Shown in pieces: positions 16,204-24,000 of a stretch of DNA of 24,000 nucleotides. How positions within the stretch are numbered: position 1 is the stretch's first letter; every line of letters begins with the position of its first letter. The notes below the pieces were generated by a model that made no database searches, was not told the origin of the DNA, and saw nothing but the letters and a program-made list of their open reading frames with translations. A program made the position numbers and the translations under genes. Where the stretch lies: assembly GCA_002307185.1 (NCBI GenBank), contig DBTT01000042.1, forward strand, positions 33,606 through 57,605, given 5' to 3'. The DNA comes from Bacteroidales bacterium UBA1309. Its GTDB lineage: Bacteria; Bacteroidota; Bacteroidia; Bacteroidales; Dysgonomonadaceae.

Positions 16204-17847
16204 TCAGTTTATCCAATTCTCCATATCCTCTTCTACAGTTGAGATGCCACCGATGCCAAAGTTCTCCACCAGCACGTTGATGACATTGGGAGATAGAAAA
16301 GCGGGTAGAGTAGGGCCGAGGTGAATGTTTTTCACACCAAGGTGAAGCAGGGCGAGCAACACGATCACTGCCTTTTGTTCGTACCAAGCGATGTTATAAA
16401 CGATTGGCAGGTCGTTGACGTTATCCAGTCCGAAAGCATCTTTGAGTGCCAAGGCGATTTTCACCAACGAGAAGCTGTCGTTGCATTGCCCGGCATCCAG
16501 CACGCGGGGAATTCCGCCGATGTCGCCCAAGGGCAATTTGTTGTAGCGGTATTTCGCACATCCTGCGGTTAGAATCACGTTGTCTTTGGGCAAGGCAGTA
16601 GCAAAGTCGGTGTAGTACGAGCGGGATTTCATCCGGCCATCGCAACCAGCCATGACGACAAACTTGCGGATAGCACCAGATTTCACTGCTTCAATCACCT
16701 TGTCGGCCAAGGCAATCACTTGGTTGTGGGCAAATCCACCGATTATTTCTCCCGTTTCAATCTCTTTGGGAGCAGCGCAACGTTTGGCATGCTCGATAAG
16801 CTCCGAGAAATCTTTCGGTTGGCCTTCTTTGCGGGCAGGAATGTGTTTTGCGCCGGTAAGCCCGGAAGAACCAGTTGTGTAGATGCGGTCGGTGTATGTG
16901 GCACTTTTAGCCGGAGGAACAATGCAATTCGTGGTGAAAAGAATCACGCCGTTGAAGCTTTCAAACTCCTCTTTTTGTTGCCACCAGGCATTTCCGTAGT
17001 TTCCTACAAAGTGGTTGTATTTCTTGAATTTGGGGTAATAATGTGCTGGAAGCATTTCGCTGTGGGTATAGACATCCACTCCCGTGCCTTCCGTTTGATC
17101 CAGCAATTCTTCCAAATCTTTCAAATCGTGTCCGCTAACCAGAATTCCGGGACGAGTGCCTACGCCGATATTCACTTTCGTGATTTCGGGGTTTCCATAC
17201 GAAGAGGTGTTTGCTTGGTCGAGCAAGGCCATCGCTTTCACTCCGCCTTCGCCCACTTTCAACACCAAGGCTACAAGTTCGCCCACTGTGATGTCGGTGC
17301 GGGAAACTTCTGCAAGCGTGTCTTCCAGCAAGTGATACAGTTTGGGATCTTCGTATCCCAAGTTGTTGGCATGTTCGATGTAGGCTGCCATCCCTTTCAC
17401 ACCGTAAATGGCCAATTGCTTCAACGAACGGATGTCTTCGTCTTGCTCTGTCAAGATTCCCAAGGACGGGGCAATGGTTTCAAAATCTTTGTAACTAGCG
17501 TCGAATAAGACTTCATCCAATTCGGGTAAAGCGATTCCTCGGGCTTGTGCCGTTTTGAGCAAATTGTCTTTCACGGAAAATGCTTTTTCAATTTTTGCCT
17601 TGATGGCATCATCGTCAAAGTTGGCATTGGTGATGGTGGCAAACAGTGCGTCCACCATTTGACGGCTTGCGGCAAGGCTAGCTTCTCCTTCGTTGCGCAA
17701 CGAGCGGTTGATGATGGCTTCTCCGCGGGTGGCGTGCATCAGCAAGTCCATTAGTGCGGCTGTCATTGGTTCTTTCCCGCATACTCCTTTAATCGTGCAG
17801 CCTTCTCCTTTGGCTGCTTCTTGGCATTGATAGCAAAACATGGTCAT
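16204..17847 (-). CDS. hcp: Hybrid-cluster protein / hydroxylamine reductase Hcp
   Basis: 547 aa. The N-terminal Cys motif is [25 protein letters not shown]. Downstream matches include ..[16 protein letters not shown].., ..NYGNAWWQQ.., ..VMAGCDG.. and ..DAGQCNDS.., all typical of Hcp. Confidence 0.95.
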   Translation of the reverse strand: MTMFCYQCQEAAKGEGCTIKGVCGKEPMTAALMDLLMHATRGEAIINRSLRNEGEASLAASRQMVDALFATITNANFDDDAIKAKIEKAFSVKDNLLKTAQARGIALPELDEVLFDASYKDFETIAPSLGILTEQDEDIRSLKQLAIYGVKGMAAYIEHANNLGYEDPKLYHLLEDTLAEVSRTDITVGELVALVLKVGEGGVKAMALLDQANTSSYGNPEITKVNIGVGTRPGILVSGHDLKDLEELLDQTEGTGVDVYTHSEMLPAHYYPKFKKYNHFVGNYGNAWWQQKEEFESFNGVILFTTNCIVPPAKSATYTDRIYTTGSSGLTGAKHIPARKEGQPKDFSELIEHAKRCAAPKEIETGEIIGGFAHNQVIALADKVIEAVKSGAIRKFVVMAGCDGRMKSRSYYTDFATALPKDNVILTAGCAKYRYNKLPLGDIGGIPRVLDAGQCNDSFSLVKIALALKDAFGLDNVNDLPIVYNIAWYEQKAVIVLLALLHLGVKNIHLGPTLPAFLSPNVINVLVENFGIGGISTVEEDMENWIN

Positions 17848-17893
17848 GGTTGTTTATTTATTTATTTGTGAAATTGTAAAATTGCTGATCCGC

Positions 17894-18775
17894 TTATCCC
17901 CATTGTTCGTGCAGAAGATTTCCGGATACGGCGAGGTAAACCGATTTGATGGGAACGAAACGTTTGGCTTGGCTTCGGGCTTTTTCGGCTAGGCGTAGCA
18001 ATCCGCCACAGCAGGGAACTTCCATCATAAGCACTGTGAGGGTTTCGATTTCGGCTTCATCCATGAGGGTAGTTAGCTTGTTGACATACACTTCTTGATT
18101 CATATCCAATTTGGGACAAGCAATGGCCAACGACTTGCCTTTGAGGAAACGGCTGTGGAATTCGCCGCTGGCAAAGGCGCTACAATCGGAAGCTAGCAAC
18201 AAGTTCGATCTTTTGAAAAGGTTCGATTGTGGATTTATCAGGTGAAGTTGTACCGGAAATTGGCGTAATTCTGAGACTCGTGTTGTGGTCGGTGCAGCTT
18301 GCATCGTAAATGCTGGACTGATGAAAGGAGTTGTTGTTTTCACTTCACGCATCACTGCCCCCGGACATCCGCTACTGGCATGCGGCTTGTCATATTCATT
18401 CTCCTGAACAGCATGTTCGCAATCAAAAGCGACTTGGATTCCCTTTTCTTCCAGATAAGCCATTCCTTGTTTCACCAATTCTTTTTCGCCACATTCTTTC
18501 AGGTGGTTCAAATGGGCAACGATGACGGCCTCGCCTTTTGTTAGCAAACGCTCCATCACAGCTACTTCGCTGTATGGCAAAGCTTCCACTTCCTCCAAAG
18601 TGATGGCTTCCACAGGGCATTCACCAATGCAAGCACCAAGTCCGTCGCAATATATTTCGCTAATCATCACCGCCTTTCCGTCAATGAGTTTTAATGCGCC
18701 TTCATGGCATCCCTCCACGCAGTTGCCACATCCATTGCAGGTTTCTTCATCTATCTTGATAATCGTTCTTTTCAT
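17894..18775 (-). CDS. Hcp-associated iron-sulfur protein: N-terminal 2x[4Fe-4S] ferredoxin domain plus an uncharacterised Cys-bearing C-terminal domain (FrdX-like)
   Basis: From the ATG at 18775 the product reads MKRTIIKIDEETCNGCGNCVEGC...CDGLGACIGECP, giving two ferredoxin-type Cys clusters. The C-terminal half carries further cysteines (SGCPG, ASDCSAF, IACPKLD, EVPCCGG). It lies 46 bp upstream of hcp on the same strand, implying an operon. The track start at 18832 would run into the shared promoter and adds an odd hydrophobic leader. Confidence 0.85.
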   Translation of the reverse strand: MKRTIIKIDEETCNGCGNCVEGCHEGALKLIDGKAVMISEIYCDGLGACIGECPVEAITLEEVEALPYSEVAVMERLLTKGEAVIVAHLNHLKECGEKELVKQGMAYLEEKGIQVAFDCEHAVQENEYDKPHASSGCPGAVMREVKTTTPFISPAFTMQAAPTTTRVSELRQFPVQLHLINPQSNLFKRSNLLLASDCSAFASGEFHSRFLKGKSLAIACPKLDMNQEVYVNKLTTLMDEAEIETLTVLMMEVPCCGGLLRLAEKARSQAKRFVPIKSVYLAVSGNLLHEQWG

Positions 18776-18794
18776 CTGCTTTTTTAGTTTGAGG

Positions 18795-18802
18795 CAAAGG
18801 TA
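18795..18802 (-). promoter_or_regulatory. Candidate -7 promoter box (TACCTTTG) for the Fe-S protein/hcp operon
   Basis: The reverse strand reads TACCTTTG (TAnnTTTG). The box ends 19 bp upstream of the ATG at 18775. Confidence 0.4.
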
Positions 18803-18824
18803 GGATAGGAGGATGTCTCGAAAA

Positions 18825-18840
18825 TGTATCAAATGTTACA
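18825..18840. promoter_or_regulatory. Candidate Crp/Fnr-type (HcpR) operator: imperfect palindrome TGTATCAAATGTTACA
   Basis: A 16-bp dyad with 12 of 16 positions self-complementary (TGTAnCA-N2-TGnTACA; core GTAtC-N4-GtTAC). Its centre lies about 30 bp upstream of the start of the predicted -7 box. That is roughly -41 to -45 from a TSS placed a few nt downstream of the box, which is class-II activator geometry. It is located in the hcp-operon/hcpR divergent spacer. Confidence 0.4.
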
Positions 18841-18900
18841 CTTGTGGAAATTAATTCGCATATTTGCAAATTAGGGAACGATCTGTTTGGAATTATCACA

Positions 18901-18908
18901 TATATTTG
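18901..18908 (+). promoter_or_regulatory. Candidate -7 promoter box (TATATTTG) for hcpR
   Basis: Matches TAnnTTTG. The box ends 18 bp upstream of the ATG at 18927, which would give a very short leader. Confidence 0.3.
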
Positions 18909-18926
18909 TTCAAAATCAAGAAGCCG

Positions 18927-19613
18927 ATGGAGTATTCCATATTATCTCGGATACCTCTTTTTAGAGGAATTCCTGCTGCTGAAATAGAAAATATTTTTGA
19001 GAATGTATCTTCTTTAGAAAAGGTGTATAAGAAAGGGGCGATCCTTGCCGAACAGGACGAGGCTTGCAACCGGCTGATTATTCTTCTTTCGGGAAAAGTG
19101 CGGGCCGAGATGGCCGATCCTTCGGGAAAGGTGGTGAAAGTGGAAGATATTTTGGCTCCGAATCCTTTGGCTATCTTGTTCTTGTTTGGCACAAACAGCT
19201 GTTTTCCAGTGCAAGCTACGGCCGATGAAGACTGTACAGCCTTGGTGATTCCAAAGCAGTCGGTACTTAATTTATTAGGCAAAAATGAGTTGTTGCTGAA
19301 AAATTATTTGGATATTTCGGCAGATTTTGCTTCCCGCCTGAGCCAAAAACTCTACTTCATGTCGTTTAGAACCATTCGGCAGAAAATCAGTATGTTTTTG
19401 TTGGAGCTCTCGCGTAATCAATCTTCCCCTACAGTGGAATTTGGACGAACCAAGAGTTCATTGTCCGAATATTTCGGTGTTTCCCGTCCTTCACTTGAAA
19501 GGGAATTGAGCAATATGCAGCACGATGGATGGATTTCTATTGACAAGAAGGAAATCACCATACTCAAGAAAGAGAGCTTGGTGCAGTTGGTGAGGTTTGG
19601 GGTTGTTAAATAA
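18927..19613 (+). CDS. hcpR: Crp/Fnr-family transcriptional regulator, HcpR-type by context
   Basis: From the ATG at 18927 the product reads MEYSILSRIPLFRGIPAAEIENIF..., a cNMP-binding-like sensor domain. The C-terminus has an HTH (..SLSEYFGVSRPSLERELSNMQHDGWI..). It is divergent from the hcp operon, the arrangement described for HcpR in Porphyromonas/Bacteroides. It lacks the N-terminal Cys cluster of true FNR. Confidence 0.85.
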   Translation: MEYSILSRIPLFRGIPAAEIENIFENVSSLEKVYKKGAILAEQDEACNRLIILLSGKVRAEMADPSGKVVKVEDILAPNPLAILFLFGTNSCFPVQATADEDCTALVIPKQSVLNLLGKNELLLKNYLDISADFASRLSQKLYFMSFRTIRQKISMFLLELSRNQSSPTVEFGRTKSSLSEYFGVSRPSLERELSNMQHDGWISIDKKEITILKKESLVQLVRFGVVK

Positions 19614-19644
19614 GTGATTTGATGGATGCACAACCAAATTTTTG

Positions 19645-22600
19645 CTATTGTGTCAAATTAAATTTCAAACTCAAACCAAAGTTCGTGGTGGTGGTTTTGT
19701 AAGAAGTGGCCGACACCAACGGTTTGTTCATGATTTGATCCAGATAAGCCCCCAAAGTCACTGATTTGCTCAACGTATATGCTGTCGATACCTTCAGGGT
19801 ATTGATGGTTGTTCCACTTGTTGCCTGGCTATAGACATCTTCTATTTTGCGGAGCAAGGCATAAATCGTTTTGTGGGAAAAATCTACTTTGATGTCCAGA
19901 TCATTGTTTACCCCTTTTGCTTTCGATTTAATGCCAAGTGTTTTGTTAAATTCGGAAATTTTGTGAGACATGCCAATAATGAATTCATTACTCAGAGCTT
20001 CTACTATTTGGTAAGAGGACGTACTTAGGGTTACGGTTCGGGCATTGTTATACTTCATCGAGAAGGTAAGGTTGTTGTTCAACGTGCCATCTACGCCGAT
20101 AAGAGGGTTGAATTTTTCGGTAATGGTCACCGACGAAATATCATAGGGTGAAGAGGGAAGATAGCTTCCCGTCAAGACACTTTGGACGTAGCCTCTGTCG
20201 TCCGAAAGTTCTGTCCAGCCAGAATAAGAGGAATAAGAACCAACTTGATATTGTGATGAATATCCATGGCTCAACCGTAAGGATTTGAATTTATCACGAA
20301 CCCATGGAAGGGTAATCAGACCATCGTAGGTTATCTTCCAGTTGGGCAAGATAGAAGACAGTGACGGGAATTGCGTTAGAGCCACCTTTCGGGCACTTTT
20401 TCCGGAATAAGCCGCCAAAAATGCAGGGATCAACACATCGGATGAGTTCAAAGAGGATTCATCAAGCAGATCTTCATCGCTTGTTCCCGAAAGCAATTGG
20501 CTATACTCCTCGTCGTAACGCCCGGCAATCACTGAGCGGTTATTCAGGAATGTTTCGAAAGCCTTGGAATAATATCCATTTTTAGACCCAACTGATTTCA
20601 ACGAGGTTGCCAGCGAAATTGTTGAAATAGAATAGCTTCCGCTATAGGTTTTAGGCATTCCCGAATACATGTATTCCACTTCTGTGTTGCGGGTCAAACT
20701 GCGCTGGGCTTCCAGATCAATTTTCAATCCTTTTATCGGCTCCAGTTGGGCTTTCAAGTCGAACTTTTCTGTATGTGTAAGCAGCGATGCTGTAGCATTT
20801 GTCGTATCCATCACCAGCCAATCATTTCCCCGGAGTCGTTTTATAAAATCCACCCCTGTTTCCATTCCAAAAGCATATTTCCAACCAGGAGCAAACCCAA
20901 AGTCTGACTTACTTTGCCCAAAGGCATCTCCAATATTAGGAATGAACCCGGTAATAGTTGAGCCTGACTGGAGCGAATAATTGACAGTCAAAGAGCGAAG
21001 TGACATTGCACCCCGGGTGACAAACTGCGCTATTTTATACAAGGGGGATTCCTCGCTATCCAGAATCTTTAGCACCACCACCTGCAAATGAACGGTATCT
21101 TTCGTTAAAATTAGAAGTGAATTTTTATCAATCTTTTTAAACTTGACAGGATATACTTTTCCCTTGTGCCGTGTGCTTAGCCGCACATTTTTAGAATTAA
21201 GGTTATGCCTGATGGTGACAGTTGTGTCCAACCTGAGCACGATGTTGGATTGGAATTTCTTCTTTTTATCTACCGAACCATCTCTCCTCGGTTGTCTCGG
21301 GTTGTTTTGGCCGCGATTATCGCTGGCACGAGTAGGAGTCTCAAACTTTTGATTTACTTTTTTGAGAAAGCTTGATTTGTTATATAATGCCACTAGATTA
21401 AATTTCGAATTAATGGACAATGATTTAGTATTCGTAATGGTGTTGCCCAGTTCGAGGTCTTCGTCATCTTCGTCATCTTCGTCATCGCTACTGCTAACGG
21501 TGCTTGCTCTTGTCCAAGAATAGGTGCTTTCGTAATTTGCGGCAGAATTGATCCAATTCGTTATTGGAAAATAGGAAAAGGGCAGGTTGTATCTTAATTT
21601 CATACTTTGTTGATAATAAAGCGGTTTTCCTAAATGCAATATGCTTTTGAACACAGAATCCTTCCAATTTTCGTAGGCAGCCCTGTTTTCTTTTTTATTT
21701 ACTTGTGTGTAAGGCGCTTCTATTTCTGCTTTGGTCCCGGATTGAAAATCAAATTTGAGATTTTTCGTTAAATCCCATGTCAGGTAGAAATCGCGATTCC
21801 AATAAAATTCATCGCTCCAAGTAAGCAAATCGGAAGAAGAAGTACTTGCCGAATCACTGAGATCCCTTAGCTTGGTCTCTTCATAGCTTCGCTGAATATA
21901 AGAATTGAAGGCAATGCTTGAAGGCAGGAAATTAAAGCTAAACTCCTTCAAAGATTTCATCGAAGGAGACTTGCTTTTGGTATTTTTAAATGGAGACCAC
22001 GACTTAACTATCGGGGAATATGAGTAGGATACGCTCATTTTCATATTTTGCTTGGAGTCATAAGCCGTAATAGGATCGATATATTTTGTCTCGTTGAAAG
22101 AATAGCTAAACGATAAATTGGCTGGATCGTAAGGCATCGGGGTTTTGCTTTTGATATTAAATTTGACATTGTTAAAGGCCAACCCTTTCGTAGTTGTTCG
22201 AGTAGTGTTGAGTTCCATCAACGAATCTTTTTGCTGCTTTGTGGTTAAGGAGCTCAGTGATTCCTTTAAGGTAACATCTGTGTCATACGCATTGTATTTG
22301 GGGGTACTTATTTCTTTTGAGTAATTATAATAGAAAGGAGCCGAAAGTTTCATTTTTTCGGGCAAAAAGCGGCCTAACTCAAGATTCGTCGAAATATTGT
22401 AGTTCTCATAAGTGTCTTCTCTTCGTTCTTGCAGGCCTTGATCCAATGCACCGAACCCATCCGTCTCTTTTCTCGCAGAAAGATTGATTGTTCCCAGACC
22501 CGACAAAACAACATTCAAGCTTCCCCTTGCGGCCCAGCCTCCATCGTCGTTGAACCCGTGCAGGCGCAATTCGTTCACCCAGACCTCTCCCGATTGCTGT

Positions 22601-24000
22601 ATGGTTGACTTGTTACGAACCCCAATCATCATCACTTTCACTTCTCCTAACGACGGGTTTCCCATCACGCTTACCTTGTTATTGGGTTTGTCAGGATCAT
22701 ACTCGTAATAGAGGCTGGTGTATGAGACTCCCTCTTCGCCAGCTTTCTTTGCCTTGTTTCGATCTAATTTAATGTTTTTTAATAGTTCAAGAGGAAAATC
22801 AAACATGTTGGCGTCAGGCCAAACAATATACCTGTCGGTGCTTGACTCATTGCTATAAGTCCCCGCAGGGGTTATTGTCAACGGAATTTCGTATTCGTAG
22901 TAGTTATTCCGGTAATCTGTACCTAAGCGGATGAACACGGCGATGTCTCCCTTGGTGAGTGTTGTCCCATCTGCCAGTTCCTCGGCATGAGTGAACATTT
23001 GGAGCCGCTTGTATTTGCGCAAATCATAATTCACCGTTTTGTAAGCAGCCCGCGAATCATTCGGATCAAGAGTTTCCACCTTGAGAGACATTGCCTGCTC
23101 GTTTTGCTCAATGACTTGAGATTGCGAGGCATCTGTCGAGCGGGTAATTGTAGGAGGTAGAACATAATTTACTGGTGTCTTGTCAGAGTTCTCTTCAATG
23201 TTGACAGCACCGACATCAATTGTTCCATTCCCTGTGACACTTCCCGAGGATATCAACGAATTTTCATATTCCCGCCAATCATTTCTCACGAGATCCAAAG
23301 TTCCAAACCTCAAAAAGGTTGTTTTCGGGAAATTAGTCATGAACATACGTATAAAGCGGATGGAGGTGAATCCGTCTATATCGCCCACTACTTTCTCATA
23401 ATCACTGATTGGAATTTTAAATTGGTACCATTTCACGCTTTCTGTTTTTCCATTTGCCAGGCTCACAGATACGGTCTTTGAATCAGCGATATAATTGGAG
23501 CCTACGACCATTTTGCTGGGATATAATTCCACTTTGTACTGGTAGTATGACTCGGTTTCATTCAAGGTGTTGTCACCGTTGATATCTTCTACGTCAGGTG
23601 TGCTTTTTGCAGACGTAGAATATGATTCCGAAGAATCATCTACCGAATTTACATCTGTTCCATTGTAGTGTTTGTACCTGTTGAGAATACTCAATTCTTC
23701 ATTGTCGTAATCTGTTCCTCGATAGAAATGATAATTATCGCCTGCTGGATCATTGATGGCAGAAAAGGGGTCACTCTCGAGTGTATCTAATGCTGCCGTC
23801 GAAAGCTTCTTCTTATAGCTTGTGAGATAATCAGCATAGGTAGAATATTCAAGTTCTTCATCGGTAGAGAGTCCGTCAAGTCCGACATCTTGCAACTTGC
23901 GCGATGTCGTGCCATTGGAATCGTCAAAAGCAACCGTTGTTGATGTCCGCTTGGGGACTTTCCCCCAGACTGTCTCCGAGACAGTTGTAGTGTCTCCATC
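19645..24000 (-). CDS. sprA: Type IX secretion / gliding-motility protein SprA (C-terminal ~1450 codons; N-terminus off the right edge)
   Basis: The frame stays open from 23895 to the window end (..DGDTTTVSETVWGKVPKRTSTTVAFDDSNGTTSRK-LQDVGLDGLSTDEE..). The track start at 23895 is an internal TTG. The gene is very large and rich in beta-strand repeats, with matches I recall from SprA (..VWVNELRL.., ..NLSARKETDGFG.. and a C-terminal barrel-like end ..NFGLSLKFNLTQ). Confidence 0.88.
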   Translation of the reverse strand, partial: DGDTTTVSETVWGKVPKRTSTTVAFDDSNGTTSRKLQDVGLDGLSTDEELEYSTYADYLTSYKKKLSTAALDTLESDPFSAINDPAGDNYHFYRGTDYDNEELSILNRYKHYNGTDVNSVDDSSESYSTSAKSTPDVEDINGDNTLNETESYYQYKVELYPSKMVVGSNYIADSKTVSVSLANGKTESVKWYQFKIPISDYEKVVGDIDGFTSIRFIRMFMTNFPKTTFLRFGTLDLVRNDWREYENSLISSGSVTGNGTIDVGAVNIEENSDKTPVNYVLPPTITRSTDASQSQVIEQNEQAMSLKVETLDPNDSRAAYKTVNYDLRKYKRLQMFTHAEELADGTTLTKGDIAVFIRLGTDYRNNYYEYEIPLTITPAGTYSNESSTDRYIVWPDANMFDFPLELLKNIKLDRNKAKKAGEEGVSYTSLYYEYDPDKPNNKVSVMGNPSLGEVKVMMIGVRNKSTIQQSGEVWVNELRLHGFNDDGGWAARGSLNVVLSGLGTINLSARKETDGFGALDQGLQERREDTYENYNISTNLELGRFLPEKMKLSAPFYYNYSKEISTPKYNAYDTDVTLKESLSSLTTKQQKDSLMELNTTRTTTKGLAFNNVKFNIKSKTPMPYDPANLSFSYSFNETKYIDPITAYDSKQNMKMSVSYSYSPIVKSWSPFKNTKSKSPSMKSLKEFSFNFLPSSIAFNSYIQRSYEETKLRDLSDSASTSSSDLLTWSDEFYWNRDFYLTWDLTKNLKFDFQSGTKAEIEAPYTQVNKKENRAAYENWKDSVFKSILHLGKPLYYQQSMKLRYNLPFSYFPITNWINSAANYESTYSWTRASTVSSSDDEDDEDDEDLELGNTITNTKSLSINSKFNLVALYNKSSFLKKVNQKFETPTRASDNRGQNNPRQPRRDGSVDKKKKFQSNIVLRLDTTVTIRHNLNSKNVRLSTRHKGKVYPVKFKKIDKNSLLILTKDTVHLQVVVLKILDSEESPLYKIAQFVTRGAMSLRSLTVNYSLQSGSTITGFIPNIGDAFGQSKSDFGFAPGWKYAFGMETGVDFIKRLRGNDWLVMDTTNATASLLTHTEKFDLKAQLEPIKGLKIDLEAQRSLTRNTEVEYMYSGMPKTYSGSYSISTISLATSLKSVGSKNGYYSKAFETFLNNRSVIAGRYDEEYSQLLSGTSDEDLLDESSLNSSDVLIPAFLAAYSGKSARKVALTQFPSLSSILPNWKITYDGLITLPWVRDKFKSLRLSHGYSSQYQVGSYSSYSGWTELSDDRGYVQSVLTGSYLPSSPYDISSVTITEKFNPLIGVDGTLNNNLTFSMKYNNARTVTLSTSSYQIVEALSNEFIIGMSHKISEFNKTLGIKSKAKGVNNDLDIKVDFSHKTIYALLRKIEDVYSQATSGTTINTLKVSTAYTLSKSVTLGAYLDQIMNKPLVSATSYKTTTTNFGLSLKFNLTQ
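21459..21485 (-). repeat. Perfect 9-bp x3 in-frame tandem repeat inside sprA, encoding an acidic DDE tract
   Basis: The plus strand reads CTTCGTCAT three times head to tail (21459-21467, 21468-21476, 21477-21485). On the coding strand it encodes the ..SSSDDEDDEDDEDLELG.. segment. Confidence 0.9.

Noticed and set aside
16720-17508. 262-aa plus-strand ORF
   Set aside because: It lies entirely antisense to hcp, whose product has unmistakable Hcp motifs. This is a typical shadow frame of a GC-richer gene.
18776-18926. Long-form starts of the Fe-S protein (18832) and hcpR (18864) ORFs
   Set aside because: Both extensions would cover the shared promoter and operator region and add atypical leaders (MIHFRDILLSYLCLKLKKQ / MQIRERSVWNYHIYLFKIKKP). 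Internal ATGs give canonical N-termini.
19614-19644. Possible terminator between the convergent hcpR and sprA genes
   Set aside because: Only weak 5-bp complementarity (ATTTG/CAAAT) is present in the 31-bp gap, which is not enough to call.
1-24000. CRISPR arrays, tRNA/rRNA genes, IS elements or transposases, integrases, and known defence or toxin-antitoxin cassettes
   Set aside because: I saw no spaced direct-repeat array, no cloverleaf-like GC-rich 75-90 nt segment, no terminal inverted repeats flanking an ORF, and no ORF with nuclease, transposase or integrase motifs. Every large ORF has an ordinary housekeeping or metabolic assignment. This is a by-eye scan, not an exhaustive computation.

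Overview
This window reads as a Bacteroidota (Bacteroidales-like) chromosome. Supporting signs are a C-terminal SprA/T9SS gene, the DUF6089-uppS-bamA-ompH-ompH envelope synteny, TAnnTTTG-type -7 promoter boxes in front of several genes, and no obvious Shine-Dalgarno use. About 90% is coding.

Gene order, left to right:
- a truncated DUF4836-like lipoprotein (-)
- a five-gene outer-membrane biogenesis cluster (-): two tandem OmpH/Skp chaperones, BamA, UppS and a DUF6089-like beta-barrel protein
- ribD (-), divergent from prmC-recX-comF (+)
- a lone GatC-family PTS EIIC permease (+), convergent with a secreted two-module GH43 glycosidase (-)
- a 569-bp non-coding gap
- a small secreted hypothetical protein (+)
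- a divergent HxlR-family regulator / GNAT acetyltransferase pair
- a nitrosative-stress module: hcp plus an upstream Fe-S protein (-), divergent from a Crp/Fnr HcpR-type regulator (+)
- the C-terminal ~1450 codons of sprA (-), running off the right edge

I found no tRNA, rRNA, CRISPR array, IS or transposase, integrase, or recognisable defence or toxin-antitoxin cassette. I cannot honestly point to a clear novel multi-gene system here.

The features most worth follow-up are:
- the orphan EIIC, which has no EIIA/EIIB partner in the window
- the poorly characterised Cys-rich C-terminal domain of the Hcp-associated Fe-S protein, together with a candidate HcpR operator at class-II distance from a predicted promoter
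- the structured, repeat-containing 569-bp gap at 13952-14520, which contains an unlisted 50-codon ORF
- low-complexity inserts in BamA and SprA

All family calls come from reading the translations and from memory of these families. No database search was possible.
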